A stretch of 64,000 nt of DNA, from assembly GCA_951406725.2 (NCBI GenBank), contig OX597814.1:209994001-210058000 (forward strand). Reading direction: 5' to 3'. The position numbers were made by a program, and so were the translations under genes. Under the pieces are notes generated by a model. That model worked only from the letters and a program-made list of their open reading frames with translations. It was not told where the DNA came from and made no database searches. How positions within the stretch are numbered: position 1 is the first letter of the stretch; each line of letters opens with the position of its first letter. Positions 42,564-56,680 of the stretch are shown in pieces. The DNA comes from Octopus vulgaris. Lineage: Eukaryota.

Positions 42564-44393
42564 GCGTGTGTATGCGTGTGCTCGCGCATGTTTGTTCAGA
42601 TAGTATTTGTTTGCGAATGTGTTTACCTAGTATAGTCATAATTTCTCTCGTATACTGAATATTTTGATTAAATTTATGCTATGTTTTTTTTAGATACATT
42701 CAAGGGCATTTATTTCTGTTTCGACAGCTAAATATGAAGGATGTAGTACATGATTGGCAAGTTTGAAATACTTCATACTGTTCAATGAAATTGGGAAAAT
42801 GTAAGAAATATAAAATATAAAATAATCCAATAATAGTTTTATGACCGGAACTGAAGCAATTATATACTCTAGTTCTGAATAAAGTAGAGTGTTTGAATTT
42901 GGAAGTGAGATGTAAATGTTTCTTCAAAGATAAAAACGGCAATAAGTTCAAAACAACAACAAAAACTGATGCAATATATTCTATCTGTAGAGAGACAATA
43001 TTTCATGTCAAAATAAATAAACGAATAATGAAGAAATGATAAAAATAATTTATAAATGTATACTTTTTTATTGCAAAAACGGAGATTAGAGTGACATTTG
43101 AAACCAAAGAATATTTAAATAAATTCTGTCAAATTCGGTAAACTTTATAATTATATTTTCCTTTCAATTTAGAATTGAATTTATTTCATCGATATTGATA
43201 AACAAAATTTGTTGATGTAATATGTTGTCTACATAAGGTTAATGTAAAACTGTATCTGTATCTTCATCTTTGGAAATTAATATATCTGCACGACATGTTT
43301 ACAAATGGTAATATAAACTATATTATGGTTTATCTCAATATTATTTTTTCTTTCAGAAAAAAATCTATTGACTTCAGTGAGTTTAACAAATTTCTCGGTG
43401 CTTGAGGAAAGGCATTCAGTTATTCAATTTACAAATGTTAATGATTAAAAGCATGAGAAGAGATGAACGTGACAAATACATAAGGTTTCCTTCTTCACTT
43501 GCAAATACGATAGCTTGTACTCTTTCATTGAGAGACAGATAACACACAGCAACAATCTGGACACAGCTAAATAGTGGTAAAGCAAATATTAATCAGTTCA
43601 GGTACTTTAAAACTCATGGAAAAAAGTTCACACTTCGCTTTCTCTAGTTGCAAGTGGTTAGGAAAAATATCTCCATTGGATACTAGTCAAGTTCTTTCAG
43701 TCATTCTATTTTCTCTCCTCATAAAGAAACAGGAATAATAGGAAATGCCTACACTTGTATATATATTGACAAATTATTGGATAATTGTTCTAACACCTCA
43801 ATCAGTCAACAATTTGATTATTTTATCGAATTTACCATGATAGCAGAGTTATATAAAAATGATCCGCAGCTGAAATTCCAAAAAAATAATTATCCCTATC
43901 ACTTTGTGCAAACAAATCCTAAGTTTCCTTTTCCATGTATTCATCCAGTGGATAAAAAACTGAACTTCTTTGTCAATCATGGCTTACTTCCCTTTCTTTC
44001 ATGAAGATGAGGTTCTGTTTCCAACGGTCCTGCAGATTACACAGCTGCTTAGTTACCCTTCAAAATGATATACGTACCAAGTAGAATAACTATGCTAAGT
44101 GTTCATGGTTTTAATAGTATTTAATAGTATGAAACTGTAAAGATAGTTTCTAATAGTGCAAATTTACATTAGAGCTTTATAATCGGAGATTAAATAAATT
44201 CCATTCCTCCTTTCCATTTCTCAGCTACGTTCATTCACAGTGAGTAAGACTGAATAGCACCGCTGTGAATCATCCTTATTGAATGATTAAATACAATGTA
44301 CTATTTGTATAAAAAAACATTACCTCTGTCTCTTTATAATAATACACACAAACACATGTGGATGTATGTATGTTTGCCTACATACATATACAT

Positions 44394-44442
<49 letters not shown>

Positions 44443-45749
44443 TGTATGTATGTATGTTTGCTTATATGTGTGTGTGTGCATGTATGTATGTGTTTAGACT
44501 TGTGCCTTTGAACTCCAGGAAAGTTTCGACAACAAAAAATATGAAATTTAAGAACAAAAATAAAGGAGTAAGTAAGAGCAAAATTATCAAACTATTAAAG
44601 AATTAGCAGTAGTATTTCAAACATTTACTGCAGTGTGCAATATTGGGCTTATGAAGGCAGTTATTCTCCAAACATTTTAATAACTAAAATAATTTTTCGA
44701 AGCTTATCAACAGCATAGATTTTCATTCGTTGTTAAATTTAATGGGAAATATACTCCACATTCTGCTTATATTCTTTACATTCCATTAAAACTGAATTGT
44801 ATGAATATGAATATTCTGTACCTATTATGTCCCAAGTATTTTTTCAGCAACTCAAGGGGACGTGCTGGCAGAATCTTCATGACGCCGGACAAAATACTTA
44901 GTGATAAATTCTACAGTCAGGTACTGGGGTCAATATAATTGACTGATCTCCTTCCCTAAATGTCATGCCTTATGCCTATAGGATTATTTCAGTGACTCTA
45001 ATTTCGCAATTATAGAACAGAATAATTATTATAGAATGACAATGTGACTTAATGAAGCTGAACCACATGACAAAATAATCTCATACTGCCACTAATCCAA
45101 AGAAATATAAATCAAACGGAATTGACGAACATAAACCAGAGTTGGATAATTAGATGTCTCCGTGACGCTATGCTAAAATTGCAACCTACACAAATTAGAA
45201 AGAAACAAACAGGAGTTAGAATCTTAGAAATTATAAGACTTCATTATTGTAAAAGAGAATCTTTCTAGTAATGTCCTGGAACCAACTTACTAAACTGGAG
45301 GAAAAGCAGTTTTCCGACTCAGCTAGAAACAAATGACATAAATAACCAAAGAACAAAGAGACATTAAACAAAGAAACAAATACCTTTGGTGGTGCAGGAC
45401 GGTAAGGATGAAAATTATATAAAGTCAAATTAAAATATCAGAGGCTAAATCACAATAGAACAGAAACCGATAATATCGCTATGATATTCATAATAAGTCA
45501 CTCTCAGAATAGATTTCAACTTAATTACTCGTATGCTCATGTTATTGAATTACAGAATATATTGTGACTATTGACCGACTGTGGAGTTTAAGACTGCCAC
45601 TCCTATTCCTTTTTTACCTTTATGTTTTCCCCCTGTGTATTCAACCTACCCTTAGTAGATACTAAAAACAAACTGCTAACTAAAAGATTACTAGTTACAC
45701 TGCATGGAGATTTACGGCAAGCTATAAAAAGAAACGGATATATGTCGTA

Positions 45750-46830
45750 GAGGGTCCCACTCTTTTTCTAGGTTGTAGGCCTACTATGCCACTCTGTTTG
45801 GTATGACAGCTAGGCAAATGGGTGATTTTCGAAGGCGTTTCTTTGCAAGTTTTTCGAAGGGGATCCTGGTAGAGGATTCCTGTGAAATCTTGGGAGAAAC
45901 CGACTCCTTTACACCTTCCAAATATAATAAAGATATAATAAAACCTGGAAGCATACCCAATGCCCAACTGCCCTGTTCTGGTGCACTTTGGTCTAACTTC
46001 TATCCCAGTCATCCTTTTATCATTGCACAAATCTCACATCCTTTACCTCTCCAAGACACAGATCTTTGTGCTCCTGTCTTTAACCCATTGCTTCTTCCAG
46101 ACAGTACCTTTATTCAGACTTGGTCCTAAAACATCTTGTCCACGTTTTCGTAGATTCTACTCTCTCTCTCTCTTTGCCATAGATTTATATAACCTAGATA
46201 CAGTAAACATAGCTTCTTGTTACATTGTTACACTGTTTCAAATTCCCGCATCACTCCAAATGCTAGATTTTACTATCACTAAACCTCTTTCATGTCAGAT
46301 GAATATCATTAGCATAGATTCTTAGAGTTTGACCCTTTACTTCAAAACGAGAAACTACTTCAGCCCACCAAAATTACAAAACCAGTTGAAACTATCATGT
46401 CAAACAAACCATGGAATACGGCCCCTACAATTAGGACTGCACAGCTGCGATGCACAGGAGATTTTCATACGATAACCATAGAAATAACACGTGACTTCTT
46501 GACATGAAATTTTTCATAGACACATTCCATCCTCAGGTTCAAACCCAGGCTGTATCATCTTCTTACCTTTTCGACATATGCTGCTATATTCTATGCTCTT
46601 CAGTACTGGTAGGCCATGTGCCATCGTTACTCTGGCACTTATGTCTGACACGTCGATCTTTCTATTATCACGTACAGCTAATACCCAAACCAAGGTTCAG
46701 TATTAGCACTACATTCACTCCTTCTTACGTAGAGCGTCGACCCTCTAGAAATTCTATTATTTGCTGACCTTTCCTGCATTCCTCGACTCTTAGCAGTTTA
46801 AGCGAACGTTAATGATATCAACTTCAATCT
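45750..46830 (+). mobile_element. Probable highly decayed LINE (CR1/L2-like) 3' remnant
   Basis: C/T-rich non-microsatellite block with broken ORFs. Near 46700, cactacattcactccttcttacgtagagcg (HYIHSFLRRA) resembles LINE ORF2 C-termini. Weak similarity only. Confidence 0.35.
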
Positions 46831-48114
46831 TATGAAGTCTGCGTGATCAAGGACACTGTCCCTTCTTCGAAAGTTCATAAACAAAATGGTTTGCAAATGT
46901 TTGTATTCAAGTTATGAATATTCAATTCTCAGTGTATAAATGAATATATGAGTTACTTAATATATTCATTTTTACACTGGCAATTTTCTCAAATCTGGTG
47001 TACTTATTGGAATGGTTTTATTTGTTATTCGTTTCCTAATACGGTTTCAACTGACTAGATTTCATAAAATCAAAAACGTTTGCAGCACGTTAATTTAATG
47101 TATCTTTATTTTATTTTATTTTATTTCACCAATTATGAATTTTTTAGTATTGTTCATATTGTCTTTGTTTTTTGATGTTGTTCCTTGGGTTTAAAGAAAT
47201 TCATTTCTGTAATTTATTTTTATATTTAAAGCTTTTAAAACATCTTTTATTTTGGTTTGGCATTAACATCGAAATATTTAAAAGTATGGTTTTTCTTTCC
47301 AACCTCCCCATTGTTTTTCTTTTGTATTAGCGGTCGTCTTACTTTTGTTGTCATAATTGTGTTTCTCGTTTTTGGAAGTTATATTAAGCCTGACCTAGCA
47401 ATTTCTATACATTTGCAATAATGCTTTTTAAAGTTTGTTCCTTACGCACTAAATATATAGTTTTCATAATATGGAACGTCGACGACACAAGAGAACCGAA
47501 AATAATCCACATTGCTACGTAGTCTGACTACTCAACAATATTTAGAAATGAAAATTAAAATTAATAACATAAAAAAAATAGTGATACATAACAAAAATGA
47601 AATACATAAAAAGAACGTTTGTATAGGATATAAAAGCGACGAATAAAATTCGAAATGTGAAGAAAGGAAATAAAAAGTAATAAAATAATATAAATGAACA
47701 AGAACATGATGTGATGTATGTGTGTATGTGTGTATGCTTGTGTATATATACATACATATATATGTATGTATTTGTGTGTCTGTATTTTACATATACGTAT
47801 GTGTTTTAGTATAAAAGCTTGAGGCAAAATATAGAAAGAAACTAAATAAAAAGTAACATTGTTTATTGATGAATATTGAAATGCTCGAATAAAATGTAAA
47901 CTACATCAATAGACTACATAGTATTGAATATAAATTGTTAATTGGGAATCACGGTTGAAATAGCTTACAATTCTTAAAATATTCTAATAAAGATATTTGT
48001 TTATTTATTTATTTGATTGCATCTTTCAGATGTTCATTTCCCCAAACTTTTCCATAAATGCATACATACGTACGCACAGACATTCATGATTACGTACATA
48101 CATACAAGCATAAA

Positions 48115-48182
<68 letters not shown>

Positions 48183-48979
48183 TGAATAGATAGATAGATT
48201 GAAAGAACGCATTCAGTTGCATAGATAGAGAGATATGTACATATAACAATGCGTACAAAAGTTCAACAGTCCTCGCTCTTGAAAACAGAATGCAAGACGA
48301 TTGCGTCAGATCTTATAAGTGTTTCAAAAGGAATATACCGAAGAGTATCTGTGCATTTATTGTACCCTAAATCTACTGTCATTTCTTTAATAACTCCCAA
48401 GGAATATATTAGGTTCCAGAACAGAAGATGCCAATGCAATGTATAATTTCTGTGTGGATTATATAAAAGCTACAAGAAATATTTACAATACTGAGAATCA
48501 GCTGGACATAGTGACCCGGATAAATATTTAGTAAAGGTTATGTTTACATTTGATTATCAAACAATGAAAAATTGCCTCTCCAAACAAGATCATTTGTATC
48601 AGTACTCTTTCTATGTTGTCTGTTCCGCAGAACGAGTACTACAAATGCTTTAGTATTGACGAATGTGGATCACACATGGTTGCCGTGCACAAAGACACAG
48701 AAACCAAAGAATATCATGAAAGATTTAAAATCTATATCAGTTGAAGTTTTTCCCCTTGCAAAAATAAGGTATTCATCAATACGTTTGTAGTAACATTGCT
48801 GTGCTGTTATTGGGGATTATTAACTGGTGAGTAGATAGAATTCCTTGCCATGAATAGTGAATTCTGCAAGATTTCACATCAGCAAGCTTGCGAAACAAAT
48901 TCATAAATGTATGTATGTATGTATGTATGTATGTATGTATGTATGTATATGAATATATATATATATATATATATATACG

Positions 48980-49200
48980 TACTCTTTACTCTTAATTTTT
49001 AATTTGTTTCAGTTATTTGATTGCGGCCATGCTGGAGCATCGTCCTTAGTCGAGCAAATCGACCCCAGGACGTATTCTTTGTAATCCTAGTACTTATTCT
49101 ATCGGGCTCTTTTGCCGAAACGCTAGGTTACGGGGACGTAAACACACCAGCATCGGTTGTGAAGTGATGTTGGGGGGACAAACATAGACACGCAAACATA
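48980..49200 (-). mobile_element. SINE family C, 3' portion
   Basis: gcggccatgctggagca...tacttattctatcgg...ggggacgtaaacacaccagcatcgg. Shared with the copies at 32795 and 38840. Confidence 0.75.
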
Positions 49201-49210
49201 TACACACACA

Positions 49211-49257
<47 letters not shown>

Positions 49258-49514
49258 ACGGATTAGTTAACATAATCGCAACTGGTTCTCCAACTCCAAT
49301 CCTAATAAAACACTAACTGCAGCTGCCATGTAGTAATAGAAACATGCAATTTATTCGCAATCGATTTTTATCCTCCGATATTTTAATATGCTCATCGAAA
49401 TGAGTGGTAATTTTATCATATGCCAAAAATAATGATATAATACATCAGTGCAAATAAACTGCCATGCTATTGAGATGTTTGTAACATCTACTGCTATATT
49501 CATCTTCATTTTTA

Positions 49515-49636
<122 letters not shown>

Positions 49637-49749
49637 TATAAGAGAGTAACCACCATGTGGTCTACTCTAGCACTAAAATAGATCCGCTGGGTTCAGCCAC
49701 ATAAAAAAATTATTAAATTAGTATCCAACTTTCTCACCCTCATTAGTTG

Positions 49750-49792
<43 letters not shown>

Positions 49793-50211
49793 CACGCACA
49801 CACATACGCACATATACACACTTATATATATACACACGCATACAAACATACATATACGTATAAACGTATATGTCCACATATCGTTTTAAGACTTGAAGCT
49901 AACACCATCACAATTTTGTCACTTACATATACATCAACTCGATCAGGCCTGTAAACGAACATTTAAATGTTATAGGGTGACGGAAATTCGATTCTTGTGC
50001 CAAGGACATTACTCTTGATAAATTCTGGTCTAAGACTCTCACACGTGTCTACGTTTCGGTTTTCCACAAGACTCACAATTCGGATGTGACACTTCTGTAT
50101 ATTCGGTAGCAGAGAGTCATCACCATGATTTTCATGCCAACCCTTCGGCTGAAAGCTGGGATGTCAGGCTATTCCACTAATTCTCTGCGCAAAACTGCTA
50201 AGAGTGTATTA

Positions 50212-50249
<38 letters not shown>

Positions 50250-50254
<5 letters not shown>

Positions 50255-50540
50255 GATAGTAGTCTCTCGTAGTCCGAGAAAAACTGTCTTGAAATTTCTT
50301 GCTGATGAACCTGCGCAAATGGGTTATTTATGAGGACCAATTTTTGTGATGCACATTAGCACACTCCCGCCAACGGTTCAACGTTGCCTGAAAAGGTGGA
50401 TGGTGTTACCACACGTCAAGTGTCTGTGTGATCCCAGATCAAAGTGAGGTGAAGTGTTTTGTTCAAGAACACAACGCCACAACAGGTGCAGGAATTGGAA
50501 CCATTCTCTCATGATCTTGAATGTAATACAACTCTAAGAA
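50250..50540 (-). mobile_element. Decayed tRNA-derived SINE (family B-like head)
   Basis: gtgaagtgttttgttcaagaacacaacgc is similar to the reverse complement of gcgtgttgtgttcttgagcaaggcacttt at about 9822. Confidence 0.55.
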
Positions 50541-50576
50541 CAAATGTCTGTCTGTGCGTATGTGTTTGTGTGTATG

Positions 50577-50634
<58 letters not shown>

Positions 50635-50639
<5 letters not shown>

Positions 50640-51466
50640 TCCTATGAATAAGTATCGGGACTGTTGCCATCGTAACGAAAGTAAAGTAAGAAGAGTAAAG
50701 CCGCTCAGCACAAATTGAACTTGAACTCTGCTTTGCATGCGGACTAAGTTTTAACATCCTAGCACACATTCACTGTTTACAGCACTACATGCAAAGAAGG
50801 TGTGCAGAGTGTGATCATCGCATTAACCACGACAAAGATGAGCAGAGATTCTGCTTTAAATTTTGTCAAAAGCTAGGCGATAACTGCTCAGTGGCCTACG
50901 CATATTTCTCAAAAATATTTAATCGTTCTCGACACAATCTAATAGATTTGGTACAACTGAAACCCGACTGACTGAAAGCAGTTTTGGCACAAACTTGGCA
51001 GACACGCGTCTCATACCCCAATCGTCAGTAATAAGGAACTAAACTGAATTGTAACTGATCTGCACAGACTCTGGTAAATCACAAATAGTGATTCGACGAA
51101 TTCCTCTCACAGCTGCACACACATCTGCGATGCTTTTCTTAGTTCTGCAGATAGCGTGTCTCCCAGAACGTTCGTCAATATCGACATATTTTCGGCCATC
51201 TTGCAAACCTCTGAATCATACGTACACTTGTGTGCGGCTCATAAACTCCTCTCGATACACTTTCTGCAAATTTGTGTGGATCTCTGAGCAGGTATTGCCA
51301 TGACAACTTTCTCTGTCATGGTCAATACTAGAACTTGTTTTTCACGCAGCCTTTAACGCATGCATAACCGAGTTAAAAGCTCAATCTTTATAAAGCGGAG
51401 CTTCACTCTGTGTAATTTAGCTTCGTTACTCTGGCAAACGTCCGGATATTTATTGACCAGACCTCG
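50635..51466. mobile_element. Mariner-family derivative made of two inverted 5' ends
   Basis: Diverged TIRs tatggtcctatgaataagtatcgggac and gtccggatatttattgaccagacctcg|TA. The plus strand encodes EQRFCFKFCQKLG. The minus strand encodes LQKVYREEFMSRTQVY..F..GRKYVDIDERSGR...RRITI...GMRRVSAKFVPK, the mariner N-terminal HTH domains and a WVPH-like linker. Confidence 0.82.
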
Positions 51467-52507
51467 TATATACGCACACGCACACATACAAACATAAAAC
51501 ACACACACTCACACACATACAAGCATGCTTACATTCATACATAAGTGTTCATATAAGAGAAGGCATAGACCATTATTTGTACCCCACCCCCTCTCTTCTT
51601 CACACACACACACACACTCACACACTCTCTCACTCTTTTGTTCACTCTCCTTATATATGTATATATATATATACACACACTTATATATATATAGTGGTTT
51701 TATATCTAATTTAATTTATATATACATATATATATATATACATACACATATATATATATATAACATCACATATGTAACTATATATACATGTGTGTATATG
51801 TACATATGTGCGCAAATATGTGTATGTACGCATGTGTGTGTGTATGTATAATCCTTGAGTTGACTAAATGTACGATCTATCCAAAGTGTATTCATAAAAT
51901 ATCTACTAGTAATATACGGTAACTGTTTCATTTGTCTGTAATCACAAACAGAAGAATTCAGTGTTGATAAAAAACAGACTAGTATTGAAAACTTTATTTA
52001 ATTTAGAGTTGGGAGATCGAATATAACACTATTGTCTGAGTTTTTAATTTTTCAGGGAATAAAGTATTGATTATACTGAAACTGATGTCCTTCCTAATTA
52101 TAGAAACATCTATTATATTATCATGGGAAGCTATCTTAAATGGCTTCTGTTGGTTTTCTTTCTAATTAGTCACGTTCAGTCAGGCAGTGCAATCGAGTTC
52201 AAGAATGTCTGTATGATGCACAAACAGATGCAAAGCTGATACTGACGATTTTATCACATAATCGATTCTACTGTGTTTGCCTTGGTATACAATTAAGCAT
52301 TGTTAAAGATTATTATTATATCTGTAAATAATTGTATATCTATAAATGTATTCACAATCGCAAACGTTTCCTACGCATACATTCTTAATGCATAATGCGT
52401 GTACCCATACGCATGCCCACGAACGCACGGGCGTGCACACACAAACTGGGCGGCTGAATTGTAGGCAACAGATTTTGAGCTGTAACCTCCAGCACGTGAA
52501 TGGTTAC

Positions 52508-52556
<49 letters not shown>

Positions 52557-52625
52557 CATAAATATATGCATACATATATGTATATATATATATATATGTA
52601 TATATAGATATATATATATATGTAA

Positions 52626-52729
<104 letters not shown>

Positions 52730-52955
52730 ATATACATATATACATATTTATAATAAGTGTAGGTGGTATGCGAGTGGGTATATATTTATAAAAAAGAAGT
52801 TTGAAAACGCCACTATATAAGATAAATTTTAATTTTCTTAGAAATTTTACGTTTCGATTCTTCTTGAAAAAAAACGAACCTTATCAAAAATATTTTTAAA
52901 ATTTAAGTGTAATAAAAAAAATTGATAATTGTTACTGACTAGTCTCAACAGAATA

Positions 52956-53103
52956 CACGTGGTAGTTTTTTGTCGGGAGGGAGCATAATAGGTATCTTAT
53001 GTGGTGACTAAAGTTGGCCGAAATAGCAGTAGCAGCACGGCCACTACTACTACGACCAACAGTCACTGCTATTATGCTTCCTCCCCGCAAAAACCACCAT
53101 GTG
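52956..53103. mobile_element. Small palindromic MITE-like element
   Basis: cacgtggtagttttttgtcgggagggagcataatag is inverted with ctattatgcttcctccccgcaaaaaccaccatgtg. Inner gtgact..gttgg.cg pairs with cgaccaacagtcac. Confidence 0.65.
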
Positions 53104-53211
53104 GAACCGAAAATATTTTCTGTAATGTTTAATTTTCCGTGTATAATTTTCTATTTATAACGATTGAGATATTCTACGCAAGTCATAGTTTATATCATAC
53201 ACACACACACA

Positions 53212-53314
<103 letters not shown>

Positions 53315-53315
53315 G

Positions 53316-53361
<46 letters not shown>

Positions 53362-53902
53362 GTCGCAGTCAGTCAATCATCTAGGTAAAAACAACTTGTA
53401 GTATGCTTTACAAAGCTCTCCCACAGGTATCGAGTGTGGATGTTATTTGTTATTCAATGGGCCTTCTGTCACTGAATATGCTTTAAAAAATCCATAAATA
53501 TCCGTACAGTAAATATAGGTAGGAAAACGGATTTAACATGCTTTATTGCATATCACTTCAATTATTTCAACACAACACTACCAGCTGTTCAGTGATGAAT
53601 GTTAAGTAGATTATGAACACTACTATGTTAATTATTACCACTGAGCTGAGTATGGTAAAAACAACTTTGTTAAACCAGACTATTATTTCATTTAATACCC
53701 ACTTCTGGTGTGGGTATAGTTAGCTGAAATGAAAGTAAGATTTTGCTTTTATGCCATACTCACCTGAGGAAATGCAATTACTTGTATTGCTGAATAGTAA
53801 TAATTAACCCACTGTGTTTTCTTTAATCTAACGTACAGCATTGAACAGCTGGTAATAATGTTTTGAAACGAATGAAGTTGTGTGTAATAAAGCATTTTGT
53901 GT

Positions 53903-53933
<31 letters not shown>

Positions 53934-54693
53934 TATTTATATGTATACACACATATATATGTATATATGTACATAGATAAATTCATATATCTATATATAT
54001 AGATAAATTAATATATATATATATATATATACATACATGAATGCATGAATGCATGTATGTTGCTCGGGTGATCTTTGAACAGGAAGGGTAAACATAGCCT
54101 TGGTAGGCTCTGCTACACCAGTGAGATTCATGTTATTGATATTTCTTTTCAAAATTTGTTAAAGCCTGCGTGAAAGACAAGTTCATGTTGGCAATTATAG
54201 AAGTAATATTACGTAGGAATATATCTATATACATATCGGTATGCATGTGAATATACGATTATGGAGTTATCTAAAAATATCTATACAGAAATAATGTAAA
54301 ACATCATATAGATAATAATATTTACTCTGGACTATTGATATATTGCAGCAAAACTGAGATGAGATTTTATAACACATTTTATTAAATGAATTAGATTAAA
54401 GTATCCATTCGTAGATAATAAAATTTTAATATTTCAATAAAAAATAATATAGATAGTTTCCATTTCATGTATTTTAAAATTGAAAATTTATCGATCTTGT
54501 ATCTTTGCTGTCTGGATGGTACGAAGGAGCATTTTAAATAAAATAGTAAATTGTTTTCAAATTCCCCATATTAGGTCATGACATATCTTACTGTTTATAT
54601 AAGAACGATTGATGTTTCAAATAATTAATAACGTACATGAGCATATATTTTCAAGACACACACACACACATACATACACACATACATATATAT

Positions 54694-54740
<47 letters not shown>

Positions 54741-54893
54741 TTACAAGTATGTGTGTATATACACTCATGGTACACTTATATGTAGGTATATGCTGTACAC
54801 GTAGGATGTGAGCATATATATATATATATATATATATATGCATATAAACGTATATAGTGTGCATATATATATGTATGTATATAAATGTACATA

Positions 54894-54937
<44 letters not shown>

Positions 54938-55790
54938 TAGATAGATACTGTATAGATGTAACCTATATATATTTGTGTGTGGCCATACATAATCTATATC
55001 GCACCAAATCTCTCGGTTTCTCTCTCTCACTCTCTCTCTCTCTCTATTATATATATATATGTATGAATGTATATATATATATATATATATATATACACCC
55101 ACCCACCGCCACCCACACATATATATGCCTGTTTAATTGATTTGTAAAGCATGCACTTCATGAAGCATTTATCTGCTAATGGTAGATTTGAAATAATATT
55201 TAATATTACTTTACACTGTTAATATCGAAGTTTCGCCAATAAAACCGACTTTCAAATAAAAATAAAACAACATTCAAACGAAATTCTCTCTAAATATAGT
55301 AGTTTATTTTGCTGCCATAAGTATTAGTTAAGGCGGGTATAATCGGAAGGGGTTCGGGTAAGTAATGGGCTGCTAAGTTGATTGATTAGCTGAAAGGGAG
55401 GAAACAGGCTAAGACTTGTTGGCGGGAAGGAGAAAATTACCATCCGTTTCTGTTTGTCTTTTATATATGATGAAAGAGACGATGAGACTGATTATATATC
55501 ACGAAGAGATTTTACACCTTGCAGAAATCTACGGATTTAAAACACTCAGTGAGATATAAGGTCTGTGTCTACACAAAAAAAAAAAATGAATTTTGAGTTT
55601 CTGTTTAACAATTGTCCAACAAGAATAGAATTTTGTGGTTTTATAAAATGCAAAGCTGGCATGTTTTTGTTTTAATTTATCTAATTTTATTTATATGTTT
55701 TGGCCCCTGAGGATGTACGGTATCTGATATATCTATATTTACCAATGTTGAAATATACACGCTATTGATTAGTCTTAGTTATTTTTCTTA

Positions 55791-56680
55791 GCCATACAGA
55801 TGACATCAAGCTGTATCTTGGAATAAAAAGAACAAATCCTATGCGCTAGAGATTTTTACTGCATTCTAACTTAGATACAATGCAGCAATGGATATCTGAC
55901 TGGCAAATCAAGCTAGCCGTGTACAAATGCGTCACCGTGCATTTTGGGAGGAAAAATCCAGCCTTTACATACTCCCTCAGCAACACCAATCTCAAAAAGT
56001 CTTCTAGCGGATGTGATCTCGGCATTATTCTCAACAAAGATCTGCATTGGACAAACCACATCTCTAAGATTGTCAACAAGGCTGAGGGGGTGCTACCATC
56101 ATTCAGTATGATCTTTGTCAGCCGCTCTTCAGCTGTCTATTTAAAATTGTACGCGACAATGGTACGTCTACTCTTGAATTTTGCATCACTAGTCTGGAAC
56201 TCCTATCATTTTCAGCATATAAATCTCCTGGAAACTGTTCAGAAACGTGCAACAAAACAAATGTCTGCCGTCAGACAACTACCATACTCTGAACATCTTG
56301 CTTCCCTGGACATGGCTACATTGAAGCTCAGACGTCTGGCAACTGACTTGGTAGACACCTACAAGGTTATCCACAATCTTTTCAACAACAACATTGCGCA
56401 TGTTTTTGAGTTATATATGACAAACACTCGCGTACATGCTTATAAAATCTAAAGACAACACAGCACCCATGTCTTTCGGAAACACTTTTTCATGCTTAGA
56501 ATTGCTGAAGTATGGAATAAACTACCCGCATCTTTTGTTAGCTGTCGAGACACTACATCCTTTAAAACTTCCATACTTCCTGAAATCCGCCAATAGTACG
56601 CCTAATGACCTTTTTATTCTTTTTTTTAAAGTTGTAGTACACCTGAGCACTGTATACCACGATTCCCTTCATTGTTATAT
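55791..56680 (+). mobile_element. 5'-truncated CR1/L2-group LINE (RT C-terminal half and 3' end)
   Basis: TDDIKLY (YADD-like), QQWISDWQIKL..KC..VHFG, DLGII...L.W..HI..IV.KA, LETVQKRATK, Y.E.L..L....L..RR...DL...YK, then after a stop FF..R....WN.LP. Confidence 0.92.

Noticed and set aside
53560-53850. Minus-strand donor (CAG|gtgagt), nearby acceptor and a hydrophobic M4-like stretch
   Set aside because: The implied intron is only 40 nt, the frames contain stops, and the position is upstream of the exon, so it cannot be M4.
55703-55765. ccctgaggatg...ttgaaatata, a possible fourth hammerhead
   Set aside because: Stems I-III cannot be paired convincingly.
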